Below are positions 38,082 to 47,146 of a DNA stretch of 64,000 bases, one piece after another. The position numbers were made by a program, and so were the translations under genes. Under the pieces are notes generated by a model. The model worked only from the letters and a program-made list of their open reading frames with translations, had not been told where the DNA came from and searched no databases. The DNA lies in the NCBI GenBank assembly GCA_021776595.1, contig JAJFFP010000077.1:12218-76217 (forward strand), given 5' to 3'. Origin of the DNA: Robiginitomaculum sp. Its GTDB lineage: Bacteria > Pseudomonadota > Alphaproteobacteria > Caulobacterales > Maricaulaceae. Position 1 is the stretch's first letter, and the number at the start of each line of letters is the position of its first letter.

Positions 38082-38110
38082 TTGCACATCTGGATTTACT
38101 GTATTAATAT
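38082..38110 (+). promoter_or_regulatory. sigma70-like promoter of the yerC-like/his operon
   Basis: TTGCAC (38082-38087), a 17-nt spacer, then TAATAT (38105-38110), about 29 nt upstream of the ATG at 38139. Confidence 0.5.
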
Positions 38111-38119
38111 GCTAATACA
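38100..38119. promoter_or_regulatory. perfect palindrome TGTATTA-N6-TAATACA overlapping the -10 element; candidate operator
   Basis: Arms at 38100-38106 and 38113-38119 are exact reverse complements. Confidence 0.45.
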
Positions 38120-38138
38120 ATAGATCAAGGATGATGCC

Positions 38139-38462
38139 ATGACCAATGCTAATTCAACACCACATCAAGGCGTGCGTGCCACCGATGAAGCAAGCCAGGC
38201 TTTGTTATGCGCTATTCAATCATTACGCACCCCTGATGAGTTATTACGGTTTTTAACCGACCTTTGCACACCGGCTGAATTAAGGGCGCTGGTGGCGCGT
38301 TGGCAGGTAGCCAAATTGCTGGACGCGGGCGCGCTTTCCTATCGGGACATTAGCGAAAAAACCGGAGCCAGCACCACAACCGTAGGTAGGGTGGCGCGGT
38401 TTTTAAACGAAGAATCCTATCAGGGTTATCGCATTGCGCTGGATAGGACGTCAGACCAATGA
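38139..38462 (+). CDS. TrpR-related YerC/YecD-family DNA-binding protein
   Basis: 107 aa. LLCAIQSL.TPDELLRFLTDLCTPAELRALVARWQVAKLLDAG.SYRDISEKTGASTTTVGRVARFLN....GY matches the YerC/YecD signature. The TGA overlaps the hisG ATG. Confidence 0.8.
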   Translation: MTNANSTPHQGVRATDEASQALLCAIQSLRTPDELLRFLTDLCTPAELRALVARWQVAKLLDAGALSYRDISEKTGASTTTVGRVARFLNEESYQGYRIALDRTSDQ

Positions 38463-39343
38463 GCGACATATTACGCATAGCCGTACAAAAAAAAGGCCGT
38501 CTGGCAACGGACAGTAACCGGCTGCTGGATGAGGCGGGTCTTGGCTTTTTTCGCAATCCGGGGGCGCTGACCTGCCGGGCCAGAGGCTTGCCAGTAGAGC
38601 TACTTTTTGTTCGTGATGATGACATTCCCTCTCTGGTGGCAAAGGGCGTGTGCAATCTTGGCATTGCCGGAGAAAATGTGCTGCGCGAAGAAGCGCTGGA
38701 AAACCCGGATACACAAGAATTACAAACCGTGCGGGCACTGGGCTTTTCCCGCTGCACCCTAAAGCTCGCGGCCCCCAAAGAGGGTAAGATTCGCACCGTT
38801 AGTGATTTGCAGGGCCTGAAAATCGCCACATCGTATCCGCAAATACTGGGTGTGTATTTGAAAGAAAAAAATATTCAGGCAAAATGTGTGACTTTGAAGG
38901 GTGCAGTAGAAATTGCGCCGGCGCTGGGTCTGGCCGATGCGATATGTGATCTGGTTTCCTCCGGGGCAACCCTGGCGGCCAATGGCCTTTGTGATTTTGC
39001 CAGGGTGATGAAAAGTGAAGCTCTACTGGTGCGTTCCAATACGCGTTGGAGCGCGGCGCAGGAAACAACGCTGGCAAGGCTGTTGCGGCGCATTGATGGT
39101 ATTATTGCCAGCCGTGCCACCAAATATATCATGCTCAATGCGCCAAAAAGCGCGGTAGATGAAATCACCGCTTTGCTGCCAGGCGCTGATGCCCCGACCA
39201 TAATGCCGTTGGCCGGGCGGGATGACCAGATGGCGGTGCACGCAGTTTGCCGAGAGGAAATATTCTGGGACACGCTGGAGGCGCTGGAGGCGCGCGGTGC
39301 CAATGCCATTCTGGTCTTGCCCATTGAAAAAATGATGGGTTGA
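38459..39343 (+). CDS. hisG: ATP phosphoribosyltransferase, long form with C-terminal regulatory domain
   Basis: 294 aa. LRIAVQKKGRL, DDIPSLVAKG, DLVSSGATLAANGL are present. The C-terminal ~90 aa regulatory domain is present, so no HisZ is needed. Confidence 0.92.
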   Translation: MSDILRIAVQKKGRLATDSNRLLDEAGLGFFRNPGALTCRARGLPVELLFVRDDDIPSLVAKGVCNLGIAGENVLREEALENPDTQELQTVRALGFSRCTLKLAAPKEGKIRTVSDLQGLKIATSYPQILGVYLKEKNIQAKCVTLKGAVEIAPALGLADAICDLVSSGATLAANGLCDFARVMKSEALLVRSNTRWSAAQETTLARLLRRIDGIIASRATKYIMLNAPKSAVDEITALLPGADAPTIMPLAGRDDQMAVHAVCREEIFWDTLEALEARGANAILVLPIEKMMG

Positions 39344-39345
39344 TT

Positions 39346-40641
39346 ATGAATATATTGAACTGGAACAGGCTAAATGAAGCAGAGCGGGCAGCGGCTCTGC
39401 AACGTCCGCAAACCGGTGAGTGTGCGGCGAAGGATGTGGTCCATGATATCATAGAAGCGGTAAGGCGTGGTGGCGATGACGCTTTGAAGGCGCTCAGCCA
39501 GCGTCTTGATGGTTGTGCGCCAGTAAATTTTCTTGTGGAGCCGTCGCGCCTTGAGGCCGCTTGGCAAAGCCTGACGCCAGAGGCGCAAAGCGCCATGAAG
39601 CGTGCGGCGCGCAATATAAAGCGTTTTCATCAGGCACAATGGCCAAAAGAAGTAAAAGTTGAAGTAGAATCAGGACTGGTTTGCGAACGTATCATTCGCC
39701 CTATAGACAGCGTTGGTATTTATGTGCCTGGTGGCACAGCCCCCTTATTCTCGTCTTTGCTGATGGCTGCCATACCGGCAAAACTGGCGGGAGTTCGTAA
39801 AGTGATTGTGACCAGCCCACCGGCAAAAAATGGCGCCATAGCACCAGTAGTGTTGGCCGCCGCCCGGCTTTGTGGCCTTGATGAAGTTTATTGCGTGGGC
39901 GGTGCCCATGCGATTGCTGCCATGGCATTCGGAACTAAAACCATCCCCTGTGTGAACAAGATTTTCGGGCCGGGCAATCAATGGGTCAATGAAGCCAAAA
40001 TGCAGGTTACGCAAATCCAAGGTGGTCCGGCGATTGATCTTCCCGCCGGGCCCAGTGAAGTCATGGTGCTGGCCGACCAAAGCGCAAAACCTGACTGGGT
40101 TGCCGCAGATCTTCTTAGTCAGGCAGAACACGACCCACTGGCCCAGGTCATTTTGTTGAGCATGAGCGCTTCATTGGTGCAAGAGGTGAAACGCTCAATC
40201 GCGCAACAACTCACCGCTTTACCCCGTGCCGCCATTGCCAAAAAGGCCTTGCAAAGTGCACGAATGATCGTGGTTGAAAACCGTATTCAGATGCTGAAAA
40301 TAGCCAATCTATATGCACCGGAGCACCTGATTATCCAGTGTGAATCCCCTAAAGACATGGTGGCCGAAATACGCAATGCAGGGTCCATTTTTGTTGGCCC
40401 CTATACCCCGGAGGCTTTGGGCGATTATGCCAGCGGTACCAATCATGTTCTTCCAACTTCCGGGGCTGCACGGGCCTATAGTGGTCTTGGTTTGGAGAGT
40501 TTCTTAAAAACCATCAGTGTGCAATCTGCCACTGCAAATGCGCTCACCGTGTTGGGGCCTGTGGTGCAGGACCTTGCCAGAATGGAAGGTCTGGATGCCC
40601 ACGCCCGGTCCGTTGGGGTGCGCCTGGGGTCAGGCCAATGA
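39346..40641 (+). CDS. hisD: histidinol dehydrogenase
   Basis: ATG 39346 (MNILNWNRLNEAE), or TTG 39340. YVPGGTAPLFSSLLM, GPGNQWV, SQAEHD and HVLPT motifs are present. Confidence 0.92.
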   Translation: MNILNWNRLNEAERAAALQRPQTGECAAKDVVHDIIEAVRRGGDDALKALSQRLDGCAPVNFLVEPSRLEAAWQSLTPEAQSAMKRAARNIKRFHQAQWPKEVKVEVESGLVCERIIRPIDSVGIYVPGGTAPLFSSLLMAAIPAKLAGVRKVIVTSPPAKNGAIAPVVLAAARLCGLDEVYCVGGAHAIAAMAFGTKTIPCVNKIFGPGNQWVNEAKMQVTQIQGGPAIDLPAGPSEVMVLADQSAKPDWVAADLLSQAEHDPLAQVILLSMSASLVQEVKRSIAQQLTALPRAAIAKKALQSARMIVVENRIQMLKIANLYAPEHLIIQCESPKDMVAEIRNAGSIFVGPYTPEALGDYASGTNHVLPTSGAARAYSGLGLESFLKTISVQSATANALTVLGPVVQDLARMEGLDAHARSVGVRLGSGQ

Positions 40642-42275
40642 ATGATCTAATCAAAAAAGTAGCAAGGCCAGAAATTGTTAATCTGACGCCTTATAAGGCC
40701 AGAGGTGGTGTCGTGGATGGGGCCATAGTGCTGGATGCCAATGAAAACCCCTGGGCACCACCCGGTGCAGAGGGCAAATGGAACCGCTATCCGGCGCAAC
40801 AACCGGCAGCTTTGCGCGCCCGTTTGGCGGCGCTTTATGGCATTAAAGAAGAACAATTGCTGATGATGCGCGGCGCGGATGAAGGCATAGATGTTTTGTA
40901 CCGTGCCACCTGCCGGGCTGGCAAGGATGCGGTATTGATAACGCCGCCTACATTTGGGCTTTACAGGGTGGCGGCACAGGTGCAGGGCGCGGACCTGATT
41001 GAAGTTGCATTGGATAATAAATTTCAGATCAGGGCTCAGGAAATTATCAGCGCCGTTCAGCAAAGCCCGGTAAAGTTAATTTTTTTGTGTAGCCCGAACA
41101 ATCCAACTGGCAATCTGATTGCCAGACAGGATGTGTTGGAGATAGCGCGCCAGTGCCCGGATCAATTGCTGGTGGTGGATGAGGCTTATGTTGAGTTTTC
41201 CAATACACCAGGTTTGGCAAATGATCTGGAAGAGGTGCCTAATCTGGTTATATTACGCACCCTTTCCAAAGCGTATGGACTGGCCGGTGCAAGAGTGGGC
41301 GCAGTGCTGGCCAATGCTCCGGTAATAGAATTATTGCGCAAGGTTCTGCCCCCCTATCCCTTGCCAGCGCCGGTAATCGCAGCGGTGCTAAAAGCGCTGG
41401 TGCCGGTCAATATGGCCATCTTAAACGACCGCATTGAACGGATCAAAGCTGAGCGTGAACGTATTCGCAAGGCGCTTGCAGAATCGGAATGGGTAGAAAA
41501 AATATGGCCTTCAGCGGCCAATTTCCTGTTGGTTAAATGCCGTCCTGATCCGCAGATTTTGCTGCGGCTGAAAGCCCGCGCCATTCATGTGCGCGATTTT
41601 CAGGCTCTGGGACCGGGCATGGTGCGCATCAGCATTGGTTCCGTTGATGAAAACAATGCCTTGCTGGAGGCCTTCGGTGTTATATCAAAAACTGCACCCC
41701 TTCTGCGTGCCGCTACCATCTGCCGGGCTACGGCTGAGACGCAGATCAGTGCGCAAGTGAGGTTGGATATTACGGATCCGGTGCAGATTGATACAGGCAT
41801 TGGTTTTTACGATCACATGCTGGAGCAAATTGCCCGCCACGGTGCATTTTCACTGATTTTGAATGCTAAAGGTGATCTGCGCATTGATGAACACCACACG
41901 GTTGAAGATTGCGCCATTGTGCTGGGGCAGGCGATCCGCCAGGCTTTGGGGGACCGGGCAGGCATTGGCCGTTTTGGTTTTGTGTTGCCCATGGACGAAG
42001 CGCAGGCGCGCATTGCCATCGACCTTTCCGGGCGTCAGGCCTTGCGTTTTGACGTGTGCATAGATCCGGCCGGAGCGGGCGGTCTTGGTGGCCAGATGGT
42101 GCGCCATGTGTTTGAAACCCTGTCACAAAGTCTGGGCGCGGCTATTCATATTGAGGCCGAGGGAGAGAATACGCACCATGTGATCGAGGCCATATTCAAA
42201 GGTTTTGGCCGAGCGCTACGCCCGGCGCTGGCGCGCAACGGCGATCAGATTCCATCCAGCAAAGGCGTGTTGTAA
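40638..42275 (+). CDS. hisC/hisB: fusion: histidinol-phosphate aminotransferase (HisC) + imidazoleglycerol-phosphate dehydratase (HisB IGPD domain); no histidinol-phosphatase domain
   Basis: 545 aa. aa 1-~345 are class-II aminotransferase (LDANENPW, NPTGN, LRTLSKAYGLAGARVG). aa ~352-545 are IGPD (TAETQISAQVRLD, GFYDHMLEQIARHG, DEHHTVEDCAI, GENTHHVIEAIFK). No HAD DxDGT motif is present. Confidence 0.88.
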   Translation: MNDLIKKVARPEIVNLTPYKARGGVVDGAIVLDANENPWAPPGAEGKWNRYPAQQPAALRARLAALYGIKEEQLLMMRGADEGIDVLYRATCRAGKDAVLITPPTFGLYRVAAQVQGADLIEVALDNKFQIRAQEIISAVQQSPVKLIFLCSPNNPTGNLIARQDVLEIARQCPDQLLVVDEAYVEFSNTPGLANDLEEVPNLVILRTLSKAYGLAGARVGAVLANAPVIELLRKVLPPYPLPAPVIAAVLKALVPVNMAILNDRIERIKAERERIRKALAESEWVEKIWPSAANFLLVKCRPDPQILLRLKARAIHVRDFQALGPGMVRISIGSVDENNALLEAFGVISKTAPLLRAATICRATAETQISAQVRLDITDPVQIDTGIGFYDHMLEQIARHGAFSLILNAKGDLRIDEHHTVEDCAIVLGQAIRQALGDRAGIGRFGFVLPMDEAQARIAIDLSGRQALRFDVCIDPAGAGGLGGQMVRHVFETLSQSLGAAIHIEAEGENTHHVIEAIFKGFGRALRPALARNGDQIPSSKGVL

Positions 42276-42868
42276 TGTCCTTGATGATAGCTGACACGGG
42301 CTGTGCCAATCTGGCCTCGGTTCGCTTTGCCTTTGCCCGCTTGGGCGTGAATGCCATTATCAGTTCCGCACCAGAGGAGCTGGCCCTTGCCGAACGTCTT
42401 GTCCTGCCGGGCGTTGGCTCGGCCAATGCCGGGATGCAGGCTTTGCGCACCAATGGTCTTGATGAAATGCTGGGCGAATTTCCCCGCCCGCTTTTGGGTG
42501 TTTGCCTTGGTTTGCAGTTGTTATTTGATCACAGCGATGAGGGCGACACCGACTGTCTTGGGCGACTGCATGGTGCCGCAGAATCTTTGTCCGGTACCGC
42601 CGGGCCAGTGCCGCATATGGGCTGGAACACGCTGAATATATGTCAAATGGATCCAATTTTATCTGGCCTGGAAGATCGCACTTATGTCTATTTTGTGCAC
42701 TCATTTGCCATCAAGCCATCACCAGATACGCTGGCTGTGACAACCTATGGCACTAATTTCTCTGCCATTGTCCGCCGGGATAATATCTATGGTTGTCAGT
42801 TTCACCCGGAACGATCCGGTAAACCCGGTGCCTTGATTTTACAGAACTTTCTGGACGTGAACCCATGA
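42275..42868 (+). CDS. hisH: imidazole glycerol phosphate synthase, glutaminase subunit
   Basis: IADTGCANLASV (E. coli-like DTGCANL), LPGVG, GVCLGLQLL (catalytic Cys), QFHPERS. Confidence 0.9.
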   Translation: MSLMIADTGCANLASVRFAFARLGVNAIISSAPEELALAERLVLPGVGSANAGMQALRTNGLDEMLGEFPRPLLGVCLGLQLLFDHSDEGDTDCLGRLHGAAESLSGTAGPVPHMGWNTLNICQMDPILSGLEDRTYVYFVHSFAIKPSPDTLAVTTYGTNFSAIVRRDNIYGCQFHPERSGKPGALILQNFLDVNP

Positions 42869-43596
42869 TTTGGCCAGCCATAGATATAATGGATGGGCGT
42901 TGTGTGCGCCTGCATCAGGGTGATTTTGCCCAGCAAACCCGCTATGATGATGATCCAATAATGCGCGCCAAAGCCTTTGCCGGGGAAGGGGCGAAGGCAC
43001 TGCACATTGTGGACCTGGACGGGGCAAAAAAGGGTATGGTTCGCCAAAGTCGGCTGATTGCCAATATTGCGCAATCAAGCGGGCTCATGGTGCAGGCCGG
43101 TGGTGGTATTCGCACCACAAGTGATATTCAAAACCTGCTGGATAATGGCGTGACGCGGGTAATCATTGGATCAAAAGCAATAACCGAACCAGAAACAGTG
43201 CACGGCTGGTTGCGCCGCTTTGGCGCGGAACACATAGTGCTGGCATTGGATGTGCGCCTTGAAAATGATATTCCCGTACCAGCTATTCGTGGCTGGCAGG
43301 AAAGTGTTTCCACTACTTTATGGGATGTATTGGCGACCTATGGCCAAAGCGTCCGCCATCTTCTGGTTACAGACATCGGCCGCGATGGTGTTCTGGGGGG
43401 TGCAAATACTAATTTATACCGTCAAATCAAAAGCGGTTTTCCGGCATTATCACTTTTGGGGTCGGGCGGGGTTGGCGCGTTGGACGATATTAAAGCGGTG
43501 CGGGCATCTGGCGCGAATGGCGTGATCGTTGGCAAGGCACTTTATGAGCGCAGATTTTCGTTACAGGAGGCGTTGGCATGTTGGCCCGGCGTATAA
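42865..43596 (+). CDS. hisA: 1-(5-phosphoribosyl)-5-[(5-phosphoribosylamino)methylideneamino]imidazole-4-carboxamide isomerase
   Basis: [21 protein letters not shown]..., [22 protein letters not shown]. Confidence 0.9.
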   Translation: MIWPAIDIMDGRCVRLHQGDFAQQTRYDDDPIMRAKAFAGEGAKALHIVDLDGAKKGMVRQSRLIANIAQSSGLMVQAGGGIRTTSDIQNLLDNGVTRVIIGSKAITEPETVHGWLRRFGAEHIVLALDVRLENDIPVPAIRGWQESVSTTLWDVLATYGQSVRHLLVTDIGRDGVLGGANTNLYRQIKSGFPALSLLGSGGVGALDDIKAVRASGANGVIVGKALYERRFSLQEALACWPGV

Positions 43597-44345
43597 TTCC
43601 CTGCCTGGATGTTATGGATGGAAAGGTCGTTAAGGGCATTGGCTTTGCCGATCATCAAGTGGTGGGCGATGCAGTAGAGCTTGCCTGTCGCTATAGCGCC
43701 GAAGGGGCTGATGAATTGGTGTTTTATGACATCACTGCCAGCCCACAGCGCCGCCGCGTGGATGCCGCCTGGGTATCGCAAATCGCCCGCGAGCTTGATA
43801 TTCCCTTTACCGTGGCTGGTGGTATAGGCAGCCTGGAGGATGCGCAGGCTATATTAGCGGCAGGGGCGGACAAAATCTCGGTTAATTCCCCTGCCTTGGC
43901 TAATTCTGATCTGATCAATGTGCTGGCCAGGCGCTTTGGCAGCCAGTGTGTTGTGGTCGGAATTGACAGTTTTTGGGATGGGCAAGACTGGCAGGTGAAG
44001 GCCCTGACCGGTGATCCGTCAAAAATGTTGAACACAAATTGGAAAACCCGCGACTGGATCAAAGAAGTGCAAAGCCGGGGTGCCGGTGAAATCGTTCTTA
44101 ACTGTATGAATGAAGATGGCCGACGGGCGGGCTATGACCTGAAACAATTGCACACCATGCGTAAGCTCTGCGCGGTGCCACTGATCGCTTCTGGTGGGGC
44201 AGGATGCCAGCAAGACTTTGCCAATGTGTTTCAGAAGACAGGCGTCGCCGGGGCGCTGGCGGCCAGTGTGTTTCATAAAAATATTATCGCTATTGCTGCA
44301 CTGAAGTCTTATCTGCGCGAGCAAAATATAGAGGTGAGATCATGA
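43578..44345 (+). CDS. hisF: imidazole glycerol phosphate synthase, cyclase subunit
   Basis: [45 protein letters not shown]. It overlaps the hisA 3' end by 19 nt. Confidence 0.93.
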   Translation: MLARRIIPCLDVMDGKVVKGIGFADHQVVGDAVELACRYSAEGADELVFYDITASPQRRRVDAAWVSQIARELDIPFTVAGGIGSLEDAQAILAAGADKISVNSPALANSDLINVLARRFGSQCVVVGIDSFWDGQDWQVKALTGDPSKMLNTNWKTRDWIKEVQSRGAGEIVLNCMNEDGRRAGYDLKQLHTMRKLCAVPLIASGGAGCQQDFANVFQKTGVAGALAASVFHKNIIAIAALKSYLREQNIEVRS

Positions 44346-44962
44346 CTATTACACCCCCTTTGAATAATCTCGATTGGCAAAAAGGTGAAGGTTTAATCCC
44401 GGCCATTGTGCAAGACGCCGGATCCGGTGATGTGCTGATGCTGGGCTATATGAACTGTGAAGCTCTAAGCGCCACCTTGCAAAGCAAGCGGGTGACATTT
44501 TACAGCCGGTCGCGAAAGTGCTTGTGGCAAAAGGGAAAAACCAGCGGCAACACATTAAAACTGATTGCCATCGAAACCGATTGTGACCGTGATGCACTCC
44601 TGGTGCTGGCGGAACCTTCCGGCCCAACATGCCATAAGGGCACGCGATCATGTTTTGCCGATACGGTGCAAAGTGATCTGCCCTGGCTTGGTATGCTGGA
44701 CCGGCTTATTGAGGGGCGACGCATGGCCGACCCCGGTCAAAGCTATACCGCGCAATTGCTTGGCGGGCCGTTATCGCGGGCGGCGCAAAAAGTGGGCGAG
44801 GAAGGCGTGGAGGTGGCCCTGGCCGCAGTGAGTGATGATCCAAAAGAATTGCCGCAAGAGGGTGCTGATCTTCTCTATCACCTTATGGTTTTGCTGCGCG
44901 CAAAAGGGCTATGTCTACAAGACGTGATTGAGGTTTTACGTCAGCGCCACCGGGAACAATAA
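44342..44962 (+). CDS. hisI: bifunctional phosphoribosyl-AMP cyclohydrolase / phosphoribosyl-ATP diphosphatase
   Basis: [39 protein letters not shown] (HisI). C-terminal KVGEEG.E...A and [10 protein letters not shown] (HisE). Confidence 0.9.
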   Translation: MTITPPLNNLDWQKGEGLIPAIVQDAGSGDVLMLGYMNCEALSATLQSKRVTFYSRSRKCLWQKGKTSGNTLKLIAIETDCDRDALLVLAEPSGPTCHKGTRSCFADTVQSDLPWLGMLDRLIEGRRMADPGQSYTAQLLGGPLSRAAQKVGEEGVEVALAAVSDDPKELPQEGADLLYHLMVLLRAKGLCLQDVIEVLRQRHREQ

Positions 44963-45027
44963 CGGGCTGAACATGACAATGTGTTGATCTTTCCTGGCTT
45001 GTATTGAGCGTGTAATTCCATATACTT

Positions 45028-47097
45028 GTGGCCGTGAAACATTGGAAGAAAGCCCTGATAACAGCCCTTGGCGAGGCGTTGATTATAACCTCCAGCCTTA
45101 CGGGAACGACCTTTGCTGAACCCGTCATCAAAAGCACACTGATTACGGAAAACATACCGGAACCGACAAATAATCTGCTGGAACAGATCAAGCGTTATCA
45201 TAATATCCGGCAATACCAGTTTCAGGGCTGGATGTTTTCCGGGGCTTTGGTGACAACCCGGATTGGCCGCACAACGCAAGCCTTTTTAATTACGGATCCG
45301 AAAAAGCATAAACGGCGCAAAGGCTGGGCACGTGGTGGCTATATAATTCGCTCCGCCGATGGCATGAATGCTCAATCAGAACCACGGCATGAAACCTGGC
45401 CTGAGCCACAACAGGTGACATTTTTTACCGGACCGGCCCGCGAAATCCTGCCATCGCCTGATGGGCGCCATTTTATTGCCAGTCAGGATGTGGGCGGAAA
45501 TGAGCAATATCAGGGCCGGTTTTTCAGTGTTGGCCAAAGTGGTTCCCTGCCTTTTACCGATGCACAATACCGTAATACCGGATTTATATTTTCCCATGAT
45601 GGAAAGTGGATCGCCTGGCAGCGCTCAGCCGGGGACAATCCCAATTGGGATATATTAATTGCCCCCACGGATAATCCGGCCCGTGCCAGGCAGGTGGTTT
45701 ATCAGGGCAGGGGCACCTGGCTGGCGCATGATTTCTCACCGGATAATCGCTTCCTGCTTTTGTCGAACTATATTTCTGTCACTGAAAGCACGCTTTTTCT
45801 GCTGAGTGTAGACACCGGAAAAGTAAAATCGCTTAATCCCCGGCGGGGCGCTGTTGCCTACGGCATTGGCAAATTTACCCGCGATGGCAAGGCGGTAATT
45901 GTGCAAAGCGATGAAGGGCGGGAGTTTGTCGGCCTTTTACGTATTGATCTGGCCAGTGGCAAAAGAGCGGCGCTTAATCCAGCCCAAAATGGTGATGTTA
46001 CGGATTTTGCCCTTAGCCTTGATGGCCGGTTTCTGGCCTATACGGTAAATGTTGGTGGTCGCTCCAGATTGTTTTTGGCCCGTGCCGCAACGGGCAGAAT
46101 AATCTCGACCCCGCATCTGCCCATGGGGGTGATTGCCGGCCTTGCCTTTGATCAAAGCGGTAAACGGCTTGGTTTTACTTTTGATGGCGCGCGCCATCCG
46201 GCAGGAGCCTGGGTGTATCACCGCCGCTCTGGCCGCCTGTCACGCTGGACCAGCAATTTAACGCAAAATTATACCCCGCGCAGGTTTCGCACGGTGGAAC
46301 TTATCCATTATCCGTCTTTTGTCGAAACCAATGGTCATCGCCGCCAGATTCCAGCTTATATCTACAAGCCGCAAAAGACGGCCAAGCGCCCTGTGCCGGT
46401 TATCATTTCCATCCATGGCGGACCGGAAGCACAATACCGGCCAGGCTTTTCGCCAAGGTTTCAATACTGGCTGCATGAGCTGGGGGCCGCAGTCATAGCG
46501 CCTAATGTTCGTGGCTCCACCGGTTATGGCGGCAATTATGTAGCGCTGGATAATGGCCGGTTGCGTCCGGATGCACTAAAAGATATTGGCGCGCTGCTGG
46601 CCTGGATCAGAACGCAAAAAGACCTGGATGCTACGCGCATTATTGTGCATGGCGGCTCTTATGGCGGCTATATGGTGCTGGCGGCAATGGCCCGGTATCC
46701 GGGGCAGATTGCCGGTGGTGTGGATATTGTTGGTATTTCTGATTTTGTCACCTTTTTGGAAAATACCAAAAGTTACCGCCAGGCTTTGCGCCGCGAGGAA
46801 TACGGTGATGAGCGCGACCCGCAAATACGGGCGTTCCTGAAAGCCATATCACCACTTAACCACGCCGACAAAATTGCGGCACCTTTGTTGATTGTGCAGG
46901 GTAAAAATGATCCGCGCGTGCCGTATATGCAAAGCAAGAAAATGCGTGATGCGGTAAAAACAAATCAGATACCCGTCTGGTTTATGATGGCAGAAGATGA
47001 AGGCCATGGCTTCCAAAAGCAGCAAAATGTTCTGGCGCTTCACGCCGCCGAACATACCTTCATGGGTAAAATATTTTCTCGACAAACGCCCCCTTGA
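45028..47097 (+). CDS. S9-family serine peptidase (prolyl oligopeptidase / acylaminoacyl-peptidase type), secreted
   Basis: GTG start. Signal-like N-terminus. The N-terminal half is propeller-like. The C-terminal catalytic domain has GGSYGGYM (GxSxG), QGKNDPRV and EGHGF. Confidence 0.85.
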   Translation: MAVKHWKKALITALGEALIITSSLTGTTFAEPVIKSTLITENIPEPTNNLLEQIKRYHNIRQYQFQGWMFSGALVTTRIGRTTQAFLITDPKKHKRRKGWARGGYIIRSADGMNAQSEPRHETWPEPQQVTFFTGPAREILPSPDGRHFIASQDVGGNEQYQGRFFSVGQSGSLPFTDAQYRNTGFIFSHDGKWIAWQRSAGDNPNWDILIAPTDNPARARQVVYQGRGTWLAHDFSPDNRFLLLSNYISVTESTLFLLSVDTGKVKSLNPRRGAVAYGIGKFTRDGKAVIVQSDEGREFVGLLRIDLASGKRAALNPAQNGDVTDFALSLDGRFLAYTVNVGGRSRLFLARAATGRIISTPHLPMGVIAGLAFDQSGKRLGFTFDGARHPAGAWVYHRRSGRLSRWTSNLTQNYTPRRFRTVELIHYPSFVETNGHRRQIPAYIYKPQKTAKRPVPVIISIHGGPEAQYRPGFSPRFQYWLHELGAAVIAPNVRGSTGYGGNYVALDNGRLRPDALKDIGALLAWIRTQKDLDATRIIVHGGSYGGYMVLAAMARYPGQIAGGVDIVGISDFVTFLENTKSYRQALRREEYGDERDPQIRAFLKAISPLNHADKIAAPLLIVQGKNDPRVPYMQSKKMRDAVKTNQIPVWFMMAEDEGHGFQKQQNVLALHAAEHTFMGKIFSRQTPP

Positions 47098-47146
47098 GTA
47101 TGGTAGGCTAGGGCTTGTTTAAGGCGCGGATTCCGGGAGAAATACC

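Noticed and set aside
38097-38119. TACTGTAT... resembling a gammaproteobacterial LexA (SOS) box
   Set aside because: The SOS box is CTGT-N8-ACAG. Here CTGT is followed by 14 nt before ACAA, so the geometry does not fit. The exact 7-bp arms TGTATTA/TAATACA describe the symmetry better.
38006-38138. Possible lysine (L-box) riboswitch or his attenuator in the divergent lysCA / yerC-his control region
   Set aside because: Only 133 bp is shared by two divergent promoters, too short for an L-box of about 180 nt. There is no His-codon leader peptide and no terminator/antiterminator alternative hairpins.
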